From Pirellulales bacterium (GTDB lineage: Bacteria > Planctomycetota > Planctomycetia > Pirellulales > JACPPG01), in the NCBI GenBank assembly GCA_036499395.1, contig DASYDW010000123.1, forward strand, positions 59,144 to 123,143: a DNA stretch of 64,000 bases. Reading direction: 5' to 3'. Positions within the stretch are counted from its first letter, which is position 1. Each line of letters opens with the position of its first letter. The notes under the pieces were generated by a model. It was not told where the DNA came from. It was given only the letters and a program-made list of their open reading frames with translations, and searched no databases. Shown piece after piece: positions 37,801 to 46,340 of the stretch. A program made the translations under genes and the position numbers.

Positions 37801-37928
37801 ACGTCGATGCCAGCAAGAAAAACTACGGTCTCAGCGTGATGGTCGAACCGCGCTTCATGCCGCGCAACACGCTCGGCCGCGTCGGCGGCGCACAAATCCC
37901 GCTGGCGGGCGCGAACGGTTTGGAATAG
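34815..37928 (+). CDS. LptD/OstA-like LPS-assembly outer-membrane protein (N-terminus unresolved)
   Basis: OstA-like N-domain (IRVDADSADHWQQGSHEVWVMHGHCVVAQGSTRATGNEAVVWIKRD...VIAYLAGEVVVD) followed by a beta-barrel-like region of about 800 aa. The first canonical start is TTG 34815 / ATG 34818, which leaves too short a signal peptide (see findings). Confidence 0.65.
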   Translation: MMLVALADIAHAAGDVDLPPPDPAATIRVDADSADHWQQGSHEVWVMHGHCVVAQGSTRATGNEAVVWIKRDEETAEPTNRVIAYLAGEVVVDSGGAAPGTDGKPANGFVDQDWLGEFESTGPVTMSVTNPGGEPLVKPALYRRALARRNGQDDSNIQQAQSSMPGGFSTTTPGQTGFTSNQPVYVAQNVLPGDPPAPGPGVPAPGLRRIQFFPRSRVLYDARAETNPERNETVIQMRKGVNIIIDNLPNFGALDISADNIVIWTLGTVSTNGENMQPENVPLEIYMEGNIVFRQGQRTIYAQRMYYDVRNQVGTVLSAEILSPVPKFAGNMRLKADILQQTGPGRFVATNAYFTSSRLALPGYRLQAKSMLFEDNQVPVVDPFTKQPQVDPATGEAVTQSDRTVTSRSNLIYIENVPVFYWPVIKNDVEQSNFYIRQARFKSDHIFGQQFLIDWDAYQVFGLKRLPGTDWTFSTDYFTARGPAAGTAYRWRGSELFGLEGPYNGFIDAWGIHDHGVDTLGSDRMNLLPEPDRDNRYKILGRHRQYLNNNFQLTGEFGLISDRNFLEQYFEREWDQSKDYDTDLMLKQYRGNSTWDIMGSARVNDWFTQTQWLPRLDHYLIGQDVLDDRLTWYEHSSLGYANMLIAARPTDPSEIAKFNWLPWEANVHGGRYFTTQEIDFPFDVGAVNFVPYALGQLAHWDETLQGPQNFREPDGAMNRAYGQFGVRATLPFWSVDPTIQSSLFNVNGIAHKALLDVDASWAGATQDFQNLPLYDPIDDDNIEAFNRRFAVNTFNSNVVPAQWDPRYYALRYGLASDVTSQSPEIAGNMTAIRLGLKQRWQTKRGLPGNQHIIDLISFNLSTNIFPQANRDDFGQVVGLTQYDFTWHVGDRVTLLSDGIFDFFNGGQRIATIGGFINRPPRASVYVGFRSINGPDIANAYTPVNSEVLIASYSYRMSEKWISSAGGTVDVAHNGNIGEQFMLTRVGESFLMSVGGNVDASKKNYGLSVMVEPRFMPRNTLGRVGGAQIPLAGANGLE

Positions 37929-37944
37929 CAAGGGGGATCGACCG

Positions 37945-38328
37945 ATGGCAAAACGCGAACCCGCCGCCGGATCGTGGATTCGAAAATTCCGCTGCGCATT
38001 CCGTGGCGTCAAGCTGGGCGTGCGCGGCGAGAGCAGCTTCTTCGTCCATTTCTTCATGGCCGCGGCCGTGCTGGCGGCGGCACTCGCGCTGCAAGCGACA
38101 CTCGTCGAGTGGTGCCTGTTACTGCTGTGCGTCGCGGCGGTGCTGACTGCCGAGATGATCAACTCGGCCCTTGAACGGCTGGCCTTGGCCATCGACCAGC
38201 GCCCCAATCCCCACATTCGCGACGCGCTCGATATCGGCTCGGGCGCTGTTCTCGTGGCATCGATCGGGGCCGCGATCGTCGGCATCGTGATCTTCTTGAA
38301 CCGCCTGGTGATCACCATGAACTGGTGA
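37945..38328 (+). CDS. dgkA: Diacylglycerol kinase (prokaryotic DgkA family)
   Basis: 127 aa with three TM helices. Motifs RKFRCAFRGVKLGVRGESSF and AEMINSALERLA are typical of DAGK_prokar. Confidence 0.85.
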   Translation: MAKREPAAGSWIRKFRCAFRGVKLGVRGESSFFVHFFMAAAVLAAALALQATLVEWCLLLLCVAAVLTAEMINSALERLALAIDQRPNPHIRDALDIGSGAVLVASIGAAIVGIVIFLNRLVITMNW

Positions 38329-38360
38329 GCGTGCCGCTTCGCCGTGCTACAATCGCGCGG

Positions 38361-39800
38361 ATGAAAAACTCGTTACGCCCGCGCCGCGTTGAGCGTCTCA
38401 TTTGCTTGCGATGCGATTTTTATATCCTGCTCGCAACGTCGCTCGCTACTCTCTGCGCCCATTCGAATGCCGTGGCCTCTGCGGCTGATGACACGAAGAC
38501 ATGGCAGGCCGGCATCGCTCGGGTCGTCATTACGCCCGAGCATCCTATGTGGCTGGCCGGCTACGGCGGGCGCAATCGGCCAGCCGAGGGAAAGGAACAC
38601 GACCTGTGGGTCAAGGTCCTCGCGCTGGAAGATGCCTCGGGCCGTCGCGCGGTTTTGATCACCAGTGACCTGCTGGGCTATTCACGCGTGATGTTCGAAT
38701 CGATCCGAACGGCGCTCAAAGAGCGGTGCGATCTCGATCCGGCGCAGGTCATGCTCACCGCGTCGCATACGCACAGCGGCCCTGTCGTGCGCGAGTCACT
38801 GCTGGATTACTACCCGCTCGACGATGCAGAAATGGCGCTGGTCGAAACGTATTCGCAAAAGCTCGAACAACAAATCGTCGACACGGTATCCGCGGCGATC
38901 AAGGATCTGAAGCCGGCCACGCTCGAAGCGCGGCGCGGGACTGCGACATTTGCCGTCAACCGGCGCGCGAATCGCGAGCCAGAAGTGGCCGACCGTTTGG
39001 CCCGCGGCGAGTTGCTCGCCGGACGTGTCGATCACGACGTGCCCGTACTGACGGTGCGGAACACGGCAGGCGAATTGCAAGCGATCGTCTTTGGCTACGC
39101 GTGCCACAACACCACGCTCGACTGGTATCGCTGGTGCGGCGACTTCGCCGGCTTTGCCCAGGAGAAACTCGAGGCCGCGCATCCCGGCGTGACGGCCATG
39201 TTCTACACTGGTTGCGGCGCGGATCAGAATCCCCTACCGCGGCGCACCGTGGACCTGTGCCGTAAATATGGACAGTTGCTGGCCACTGGCGTCGAAGAAG
39301 CACTGACCGGCTCATCACGCGAACTCGCGCCGACGCTCAAGACCGCGCTGTCCGAAATACCGCTCAAGTTCGAGCGCAACAGTACGCAGGAAGAGATCGA
39401 TCGCTACGCAACAGCCGACGGCATCCGCGGACGCTGGGCGCGGCGCTTGCTCGCGAGGCAACAAGCGGGCGAGAAGTTTTCGCAATCAGTTCCGTACACG
39501 ATTCAAGTCTGGCGGCTGGGAGACCAACTGTGGATCAGCCTCGCCGGCGAAGTCGTGGTCGATTATGCGTTGCGTTTCAAGCGCGACTACGGCGATCAAA
39601 TCTGGGTCACTTCATACGCGCATGATTTGCTGGCCTATATCCCCTCGCGCCGCGTCTGGGACGAAGGGGGCTACGAAGGTGGCTCGCTGTACGAATACGG
39701 CCTGCCCGCCGAACGCTGGGCCGATGATGTCGAGGACCGCATCACCCTGGCCGTCGAGAGTCTAGTGCAACAGACGAGTGAATCTCGCAATCGCGAATAA
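38361..39800 (+). CDS. Neutral/alkaline ceramidase N-terminal-domain-like secreted hydrolase (paralog of 55403..56782)
   Basis: Signal peptide, then WQAGIARVVITPEHPMWLAGYGGRNRPAEGKEHDLWVKVLALEDASGRRAVLITSDLLG...ASHTHSGP. Collinear similarity to the 55403 gene. A GTG at 38325 would overlap the dgkA stop. Confidence 0.6.
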   Translation: MKNSLRPRRVERLICLRCDFYILLATSLATLCAHSNAVASAADDTKTWQAGIARVVITPEHPMWLAGYGGRNRPAEGKEHDLWVKVLALEDASGRRAVLITSDLLGYSRVMFESIRTALKERCDLDPAQVMLTASHTHSGPVVRESLLDYYPLDDAEMALVETYSQKLEQQIVDTVSAAIKDLKPATLEARRGTATFAVNRRANREPEVADRLARGELLAGRVDHDVPVLTVRNTAGELQAIVFGYACHNTTLDWYRWCGDFAGFAQEKLEAAHPGVTAMFYTGCGADQNPLPRRTVDLCRKYGQLLATGVEEALTGSSRELAPTLKTALSEIPLKFERNSTQEEIDRYATADGIRGRWARRLLARQQAGEKFSQSVPYTIQVWRLGDQLWISLAGEVVVDYALRFKRDYGDQIWVTSYAHDLLAYIPSRRVWDEGGYEGGSLYEYGLPAERWADDVEDRITLAVESLVQQTSESRNRE

Positions 39801-39842
39801 CACGGGCGGCTGGAATTTGATCCTCTGCAATGTCGCGGCCTG

Positions 39843-40256
39843 TTACATCAACTGCGACGGCGCGTATTGCCCGACTTCGATGTGATGGCCGTCCGGGTCG
39901 CGGAAAAAAATCTGCTGGCGTCCCGTTTGCGCGACCGTATTCTTGCGAAACGGGATGCCCTGTTCCTCCAGGCGATGCTCGACCGTCGCCAGGTCATCGA
40001 CCTCGAAGGCTAAATGCCCTTCGCGCGTCTGGATCGGTCCCTCGGGGTCGGGAATGGATTCGTTGACGATCAAATGAATTTGCAATCCGTAGTTGAACAA
40101 CCAGGCGCCGGCGAAATCGAAATTCGGGCGAACGATCTCTTGAAAGCCCAGCACATCCCGATAGAAGGCCTTGCTCTGGTCAAGATGCTTGGTCAATCGG
40201 CCGACGTGGTTCAACGAGCGGATCGGCAGGGCGACAGTCATCGGGGCCTCGGGCAA
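39843..40256 (-). CDS. VOC/glyoxalase family protein
   Basis: LNHVGRLTKHLDQSKAFYRDVLGF...HLAFEVDDL...FFRDPDGHHIEV, the glyoxalase/bleomycin-resistance fold pattern. 137 aa. Confidence 0.8.
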   Translation of the reverse strand: MPEAPMTVALPIRSLNHVGRLTKHLDQSKAFYRDVLGFQEIVRPNFDFAGAWLFNYGLQIHLIVNESIPDPEGPIQTREGHLAFEVDDLATVEHRLEEQGIPFRKNTVAQTGRQQIFFRDPDGHHIEVGQYAPSQLM

Positions 40257-40523
40257 TGCGTCAGGGGTTGGCGGTTATTGGTGGCCGGTGATTGGCGCGC
40301 GGGCGCCGCCGACGACCTTGCAGCGCAATATAGCCAGCCGCGATCCCCCCTGCGAGCACGCCGAGAGGGCTGCTATCAACCCGGCGGCGCGACCTCGGAA
40401 GGGCGGCAAAGCCAGTCAGATGGCCAGAGGTGCCGATTTTCTCGTCTGTACCGATAATTCCGCCGATAAGACCCCAAGGCTACCGAAATCGATTCATCGA
40501 ATTCTTGAGGGGGGATTCGTGCA

Positions 40524-41225
40524 ATGAAGCGTGTACTGCTGGGCTTTAGCCTGGTGTGCCTGTCATTGGGCGCGCCGGGATGTTGTTGTTGGCAAGGGAG
40601 CGGTTGGTCGCCGTGTGCTTGGCCCGGCTGTGGCTGGGGCGACTCCTGCGGCGGTGGTGATTGTGGTGGCGGTGGGTGCGGTGGCGGGTGTGGCGGAAAA
40701 GGGGGCTGCGGCGAGATTTATTGGGGCGATTGGTGTACCGGCAACCCGCATTGCTCGACCTGCGATGGTTGCGGCAACTGGGTCGGACCTCCTTCGCCCG
40801 GTGGCAACGGACTCGGTCCCGACACGTATTCACGCGCTCATCCTTATGGCAATCAGGTCGTGCGCAGCGGTCCGCCGCGCAGCCAGAGCCAAATGCAGAT
40901 GCAGTCGCAGATGGCGCGCCGTTCGCCGCCACCTGAGTATGCTCCGAAAATGGTCAAGCGCGGCCCACGTTCATACAACGGCCAACCCCGCATGCAAGGC
41001 CAACCGCAATATGCACAGCGCGGTCCGGTGCAGGAATACGAAGGCGCGATTCAGCATCTCGGCACGACCGATCGCCTGGTCAAGCCGGCGACGCTGCCCG
41101 GTCGCAGTTCGTCGAGCGTGAGTTCCGTAGCTCGCCGCGACGAGCCGACGTTGGCCGAGCCGCAGCTCGACGATGTCGAGCAGCCGCAAGTGCGCCGCAC
41201 TTCGCAACGTACCTACGTACGTTAA
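40524..41225 (+). CDS. Cys/Gly-rich secreted protein with Gln/Pro-rich tail, function unknown
   Basis: Signal peptide MKRVLLGFSLVCLSLGAPG, then CCCWQGSGWSPCAWPGCGWGDSCGGGDCGGGGCGGGCGGKGGCGEIYWGDWCTGNPHCSTCDGCGNW, followed by QSQMQMQSQM and PRMQGQPQYAQ low complexity. Confidence 0.55.
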   Translation: MKRVLLGFSLVCLSLGAPGCCCWQGSGWSPCAWPGCGWGDSCGGGDCGGGGCGGGCGGKGGCGEIYWGDWCTGNPHCSTCDGCGNWVGPPSPGGNGLGPDTYSRAHPYGNQVVRSGPPRSQSQMQMQSQMARRSPPPEYAPKMVKRGPRSYNGQPRMQGQPQYAQRGPVQEYEGAIQHLGTTDRLVKPATLPGRSSSSVSSVARRDEPTLAEPQLDDVEQPQVRRTSQRTYVR

Positions 41226-41412
41226 ACGTAGCGGCGGGCCACGGCCTGCACGTGTTCGATATTAATCGCATACGATCTGTCGCCGAGTCAGCAGGTAGCA
41301 CCGGGGAGTGCTACACTGCTGACCCGGCGATTTGCTTTGACGTTTCGGTCGCGTACACTGAGCCGCAATCGCCTCGCACGATTCGCCCACTCTGGCTCCA
41401 GTGGTACACGTC

Positions 41413-43110
41413 ATGGGTAAAAGCGGTATCCAGGCCTTTCTCGATATGCTCGCCGACCTCGGCGTGAAATATCTCTTCGGCAACCCCGGCACGACCGAGC
41501 TGCCGCTGTCTGACGCCCTGGTTGACGACCGGCGCATCCAATACATCCTCGGCCTGCAAGAAGTGCCTGTCGTCGCGATGGCCGACGGCTACGCCCAGGC
41601 CTCGCGATCGCTGGGCGTCGTCAACCTGCACATCAGTTGCGGGCTGGGGAACGCGATGGGCATGCTCTACAACGCCTATCGCGCCGGCACGCCGCTGTTG
41701 GTCACGGCCGGGCAGCAGGACCGCCGCTTGATGTTCGAAGAGCCGATCCTGTGGTCCGACATGGTGCGCGTCGCCGAACCGTGGATGAAGTGGGCCGCCG
41801 AAGTCCATCGCGTCGAAGACCTGCCGATCGCGATTCGCCGCGCCGCGCAGGCCGCGCTAACGCCTCCTACGGGACCGGTCTTTCTCTCGCTGCCGATGGA
41901 CTTGCAAAGCGAAATCGCCGAGCTGGACCTGACCAAGGCCAAGCGGCTGGACGTCCGCGTGCGTCCGCCGGTGGCTGCTCTGCGGCAGGCTGCCGAGGTC
42001 TTAGGCACGGCGCACAATCCCGCCATCCTCGTCGGTAGCCGTACAACCGAAGCCGACGCCGTGGCTGAGTTGGTCGCCGTGGCCGAGCGCATTGGTGCGC
42101 CCGTGATTTCCGAATCGGGTACGACGCACGGCCGCTTAGGTTTCCCGGCGGATCACCCGTTGTCGGCCCCTGGGTTGCCGATCTGGTCTCCCGAAGTTCG
42201 CGCGCGGCTGGCCGACCACGACGTGATCCTGGTCGCCGGTATGGACCTGTTGCGGTTGTATGTCTACTTCGAGCCTGCGCGGGCGATTCCCGAGCATGTG
42301 AAAATCGTCCACATCGATCAGGACCCGTGGCAAATCGGCAAGAATTATCCCGTCGAAGTGGGGCTGGTCGGCGACTTGAAAGTCGGCCTCGCCGAATTGG
42401 CCGAGCTTTTGCAAAAGGGTATGACCGCGCCCCAGCACGAAGCAGCCAAGAAACGTGCCGCAACAATTGCCGACACGCACGGACGCGCCCGCGCGGCGCT
42501 CATCGAAGAAGCCAAGGGGCAACGTGCGCTGCGACCGCTGACACCGCTGACCTTGATGTCCAGCGTGGCGCGCGTCTTGCCGCCCAATGCCGCGGTGGTC
42601 GAAGAAGCTGTCACCACTACCGGCACGTACCTCGAGCGATTGGCGGCACTCAAGAATACGACGGGCTACTTCGGACATCGCGGTTGGGCCCTGGGATGGG
42701 GCCTGGGATGCGCGATGGGAGTGCAACTCGCGTGGCCCGAGCGTCCGGTGCTCGCGCTATTGGGCGAAGGGGCTTCAATGTATGGCATTCAAGGATTATG
42801 GACGGCCGCCCGCTATAAGCTGCCCGTGACATTCGTCATTTGCAACAACGCGCAATATCAAATTCTGAAAGTCGGCGCCGCACAAATCGGTCTGCCGGCG
42901 GCGCGCAGCGGACGTTTCGAAGGGATGGATATTGCCGAACCCGAAATTGATTTCGTCAGCCTGGCGCAATCACTCGGCGTGCCGGCGATGCGCATCACGG
43001 ATCCCGACGAACTCGAATCGCGGCTGAAGGAATCATTCGCCACCGACGGGCCGCGGCTGTTCGACGTGCCCATTCAACGCGGCAGCCCACCGCGACTGAA
43101 CTATGGCTAG
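41413..43110 (+). CDS. Thiamine-diphosphate-dependent enzyme (benzoylformate decarboxylase / acetolactate synthase-like)
   Basis: N-terminal Pyr domain FGNPGTTELPL and a C-terminal PP domain with GEGASMYGIQGLWTAARYKLPVTFVICNN. ATG at 41413; the track start GTG at 41401 is also possible. Confidence 0.8.
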   Translation: MGKSGIQAFLDMLADLGVKYLFGNPGTTELPLSDALVDDRRIQYILGLQEVPVVAMADGYAQASRSLGVVNLHISCGLGNAMGMLYNAYRAGTPLLVTAGQQDRRLMFEEPILWSDMVRVAEPWMKWAAEVHRVEDLPIAIRRAAQAALTPPTGPVFLSLPMDLQSEIAELDLTKAKRLDVRVRPPVAALRQAAEVLGTAHNPAILVGSRTTEADAVAELVAVAERIGAPVISESGTTHGRLGFPADHPLSAPGLPIWSPEVRARLADHDVILVAGMDLLRLYVYFEPARAIPEHVKIVHIDQDPWQIGKNYPVEVGLVGDLKVGLAELAELLQKGMTAPQHEAAKKRAATIADTHGRARAALIEEAKGQRALRPLTPLTLMSSVARVLPPNAAVVEEAVTTTGTYLERLAALKNTTGYFGHRGWALGWGLGCAMGVQLAWPERPVLALLGEGASMYGIQGLWTAARYKLPVTFVICNNAQYQILKVGAAQIGLPAARSGRFEGMDIAEPEIDFVSLAQSLGVPAMRITDPDELESRLKESFATDGPRLFDVPIQRGSPPRLNYG

Positions 43111-43142
43111 TCCGCCCGCGCGAACAAACGCGAGGCCGCGAA

Positions 43143-43703
43143 CTAGGGATGCGGATTGATCGGCGTCGTGGGAACGACTGTCGAAGGGCGCGTCGAAGCC
43201 GAGTCGATCAACCCGATTAGCGCCGGTACCGCGGATGCCGCCGCCGGACCGACCTGACCGAGAGCGCGAGCGGCCGCCTGGCGAACGTCATCGTCCGGAT
43301 CATCCAGCCGCGCAACGAGCGCCGGTACCGCTTCCTTCGCCTCGGGACCGATGCGCGCCAATGCTCGTGCCGCCTCGGCGCGAACGCGCGGATTAGGATC
43401 GTTCAGTGTCGAGATCAATGTCGGCACGGCGTTTTCGCCAATCCGTCCCAGGGCATCGACGGCCGTTTCCTTGATTCCCCAGGGCCGATACAGATTCGGC
43501 ATCAAGCCGGGCTGCGGAGCCAATAGATTCTGCCGCGGCGCTTCGGCCACGGCCTGCATCTGCCGCATTTCGTCCGAGGTCGGCTTTCCCTTGTCCGAAG
43601 TTGCTTTGCCGCAACCGCCGGCCAGCAGGACCAGCATCGTTGCGGTCACGAGCATGCTTGGCGCCCAGGGTCGTTTTACTCGAAGCGTGTTTGCGTTGGT
43701 CAT
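43143..43703 (-). CDS. HEAT-repeat lipoprotein
   Basis: ATG at 43703 gives a lipoprotein signal (MLVLLAGGC). PBS-lyase-type HEAT repeats (DPNPRVRAEAARALARIGPEAKEAVPALVARLDDPDDDVRQAAARALGQVGP). Confidence 0.7.
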   Translation of the reverse strand: MTNANTLRVKRPWAPSMLVTATMLVLLAGGCGKATSDKGKPTSDEMRQMQAVAEAPRQNLLAPQPGLMPNLYRPWGIKETAVDALGRIGENAVPTLISTLNDPNPRVRAEAARALARIGPEAKEAVPALVARLDDPDDDVRQAAARALGQVGPAAASAVPALIGLIDSASTRPSTVVPTTPINPHP

Positions 43704-43857
43704 AGGTCGGCTCTTTCCACGCCCGGGGCGGGTTGTCCCGCCCGTGGCTGGCAAATTATGATGGGTCTGTCGATCCCCCGCTTTCCTTCCCGCGCCCCTC
43801 CCCCTGCGTCAGGCGGCACTCAGGCGCACGAGCATCAGCGTTCGAGGACCCACGGTC

Positions 43858-45243
43858 GTGAAAATCTGCTTAAAGCTTACCATCTGTTTTACGCTAGTTC
43901 TCGGGGCCGCGCAGACCGCATTTTCTGCGGAAAAAGCCGCAAATCCAGGGCCGGATCAGGGTCCGTTGCACACCTACGTCAAGCAGGCCGACGACAGCTT
44001 TAAGTGGGAAAAACGCCAGGAAGGAAAGGTCGGCAAAGCCACTTGGGTCGAACTGATTCTCACCTCGCAACATTGGAAGGACACGCACTGGAAGCATCAG
44101 TTGTTCGTCATCAAGCCCAGCGAGGTGGAAAATCCCGGCCAGGCGATTTTGCTGATCGACGGTGGCGCCTGGAAAGACGAGTTGGCCAATGCTCCAGAGA
44201 GCGACAAGCCCGGCAAGCTGCCCCAAGAGGCGGCTCTCCTGGCCCAGGTCGCAGAACGTGTGAAATCCCCGGTCGCCGTGCTGAAGCAGGTGCCGAATCA
44301 ACCGATCTTCGACGGACTGACCGAAGACGGCGCGATCTCTTACACGTTCGAACAATTCCTCAATACGCGCGATGGCACCTGGCCACTGTTGTTGCCGATG
44401 GTAAAAAGCGCCGTGCGCGGCATGGACGCGGTACAGCAGTTTGCCAAACAAGACTGGTCGCTCGACGTCAAGAACTTTACGCTCACCGGCGCTTCGAAGC
44501 GAGGCTGGACGACGTGGCTGACCGCTTCGGTCGATCCTCGGGTGAATGCCTTTGCGCCGATGGTGATCGACACGCTAAACATGAGCGCCCAGATGAAGTT
44601 GCAAATCGACAGCTTCGGCGAGTTTTCCGAACAGATCCAGGACTACACCAAGCGCGGGATTCAGCAGCAGGGTGCGAGCGAAGCCGGCCAGCTGTTGGAA
44701 AAGATCGTCGACCCCTACTCGTATCGCAGTTTGTTGACGCAGCCGAAGGTGATCTTGCTGGGCACCAACGATCGCTACTGGCCGCTCGAGGCGTTGAACT
44801 TGTACTGGCCCGACCTGAGTGGCGAGAAGCACATCCTATATGTTCCCAACAACGGTCACGGCCTGAATGATTTCACGCGCATCATCGGCACGGTCTCGGC
44901 TCTGCATCGCCAGGCCGCTGGTGGCAAGAAGATCGCCAAGCTCTCTTGGCAACTGACAGATGACAACGACCACCTGACGCTCAGCGTCACGGCGAATGAA
45001 AAGCCGAGTAAGGTTTCGGCCTGGCTCGCCACGTCCGAGTCGCGCGATTTCCGCGACTCGAAATGGGCAAGCCAACCCACGACCGAGGTCGACGGCGCCT
45101 ATCGCTACGAATTGCCCCGGCCGAAGAGTGGCTACGCGGCGATCTTCGGCGAAGCGGTTTTCGACGCCGACGCGCAGCCCTATTTCTTATCAACGAACGT
45201 GAAGGTCATCAAAGCCAAAGACGGCGACGACGTCGCGCGCTAA
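43858..45243 (+). CDS. PhoPQ-activated pathogenicity-related (PqaA-type) protein family, putative secreted alpha/beta hydrolase
   Basis: GTG start with a signal peptide. LHTYVKQADDSFKWEK...WVELILTSQHWKDTHWKHQLFVIKP...LLIDGG and GASKRGWTTWL resemble the PhoPQ_related family as I recall it. Confidence 0.65.
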   Translation: MKICLKLTICFTLVLGAAQTAFSAEKAANPGPDQGPLHTYVKQADDSFKWEKRQEGKVGKATWVELILTSQHWKDTHWKHQLFVIKPSEVENPGQAILLIDGGAWKDELANAPESDKPGKLPQEAALLAQVAERVKSPVAVLKQVPNQPIFDGLTEDGAISYTFEQFLNTRDGTWPLLLPMVKSAVRGMDAVQQFAKQDWSLDVKNFTLTGASKRGWTTWLTASVDPRVNAFAPMVIDTLNMSAQMKLQIDSFGEFSEQIQDYTKRGIQQQGASEAGQLLEKIVDPYSYRSLLTQPKVILLGTNDRYWPLEALNLYWPDLSGEKHILYVPNNGHGLNDFTRIIGTVSALHRQAAGGKKIAKLSWQLTDDNDHLTLSVTANEKPSKVSAWLATSESRDFRDSKWASQPTTEVDGAYRYELPRPKSGYAAIFGEAVFDADAQPYFLSTNVKVIKAKDGDDVAR

Positions 45244-45254
45244 CGCGGCAGCCG

Positions 45255-46280
45255 CTACGACAGGGAGTTCGGCGCATCGAGGCGCTCTTCGATGCACAGG
45301 GCACGGCGCCCTTTGAAGGCTCCTGGCCGGGCGTGAAATCGCGGGATACCGTCGACCGAAACCACCAGCGGACTTTGTACACCGGTGTCGGTCGTGATGA
45401 TGTCCCCCACGCGCAAGTCCGCCAGCTCGCGGGCCGTGACTCGAACGGTTGCCAACTCGGCGACCAATTCCACGGTGCCGGGCATGCACGAGCCTGACAT
45501 CGACGGCGCGGCATGCGAAGGTCCGGCGAGCGGAGCGCCGGCGGGGTTTCCCAGCAATCGATCGCGCCATTTCTCCAACGATCTCGAAGGAATGCAAAAT
45601 CGCACGGGGCCGGTCGCGTCGGCGATCGTCAATTCGCATTCCACCACGACGACCAGTTCGCTGGCGGCGGCGATCGTCGTTACGGTTGGTTGAGTCTCGA
45701 TCTTGGACAATTCAAACGTCAGAGGCGCTACGTCGCGCCAGCCGCGTGATAGCGCGTCATTCCACGGTGTAATGACGCGCGATGCGAGCCGTCGCTCGAT
45801 ATCCGTCAGCGGGCGATCGGGCGGTGGCGATGCATCATGGCCGCCTCCCAGCAATCGATCGATGATCGGAAACATGACACGCGGGCTGATTTCCAGCCCC
45901 ACGTTCGCCCCGAATTCGTCCGCCCTGATCACGCCGAAACAGGTCGGCTTCTCCAGACGGCGTATGAACTCGGCGCAGGTTACCTGATCGACGCGCGTGA
46001 TATGCATCTTCACGGCACTGCGAACCAGCACCGAAAGCGCCGCGGAAAAATCGCGAGCCACGGGTGCGTGCAACGATTCGAGCGCACGTAATACGGCCGG
46101 ACCGATCCGCTCGGCATAATGAAAATCGAGCGACGCCGGGGACCTGCCTGCGCTATCGCCGCGCCGCAATGCCGCCGCTTGGCCCGCCGGAGGCGCGACC
46201 CTACCTGCCGAAGGCTGAACACTGCCCAACAGGCTTGCGACTTCCGCCTGGCTGAGATTCTCCCCACCCACTTCGTTCAC
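45255..46280 (-). CDS. fliM: Flagellar motor switch protein FliM
   Basis: N-terminal CheY-P binding motif LSQAEVASLL, a FliM middle domain (FPIIDRLLGGG...LTDIERRL) and a C-terminal SpoA/FliN-like domain (LRVGDIITTD...VSVDGIPRFHARPG). GTG start. Confidence 0.8.
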   Translation of the reverse strand: MNEVGGENLSQAEVASLLGSVQPSAGRVAPPAGQAAALRRGDSAGRSPASLDFHYAERIGPAVLRALESLHAPVARDFSAALSVLVRSAVKMHITRVDQVTCAEFIRRLEKPTCFGVIRADEFGANVGLEISPRVMFPIIDRLLGGGHDASPPPDRPLTDIERRLASRVITPWNDALSRGWRDVAPLTFELSKIETQPTVTTIAAASELVVVVECELTIADATGPVRFCIPSRSLEKWRDRLLGNPAGAPLAGPSHAAPSMSGSCMPGTVELVAELATVRVTARELADLRVGDIITTDTGVQSPLVVSVDGIPRFHARPGAFKGRRALCIEERLDAPNSLS

Positions 46281-46340
46281 TCCTTGAAACCGTGGTGGTT
46301 AGCGCTGCGAAGCGCTACGACTTGCGGTGCGACGCGCGGG

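Noticed and set aside
40630-40720. GGTGG/GGCGG-rich tract, and the PAKT-encoding repeats at 28850-28960, considered as tandem repeat or CRISPR-like arrays
   Set aside because: Both are in-frame low-complexity coding sequence (Cys/Gly and Pro/Ala/Lys/Thr runs) inside supported ORFs. There is no repeat-spacer periodicity.
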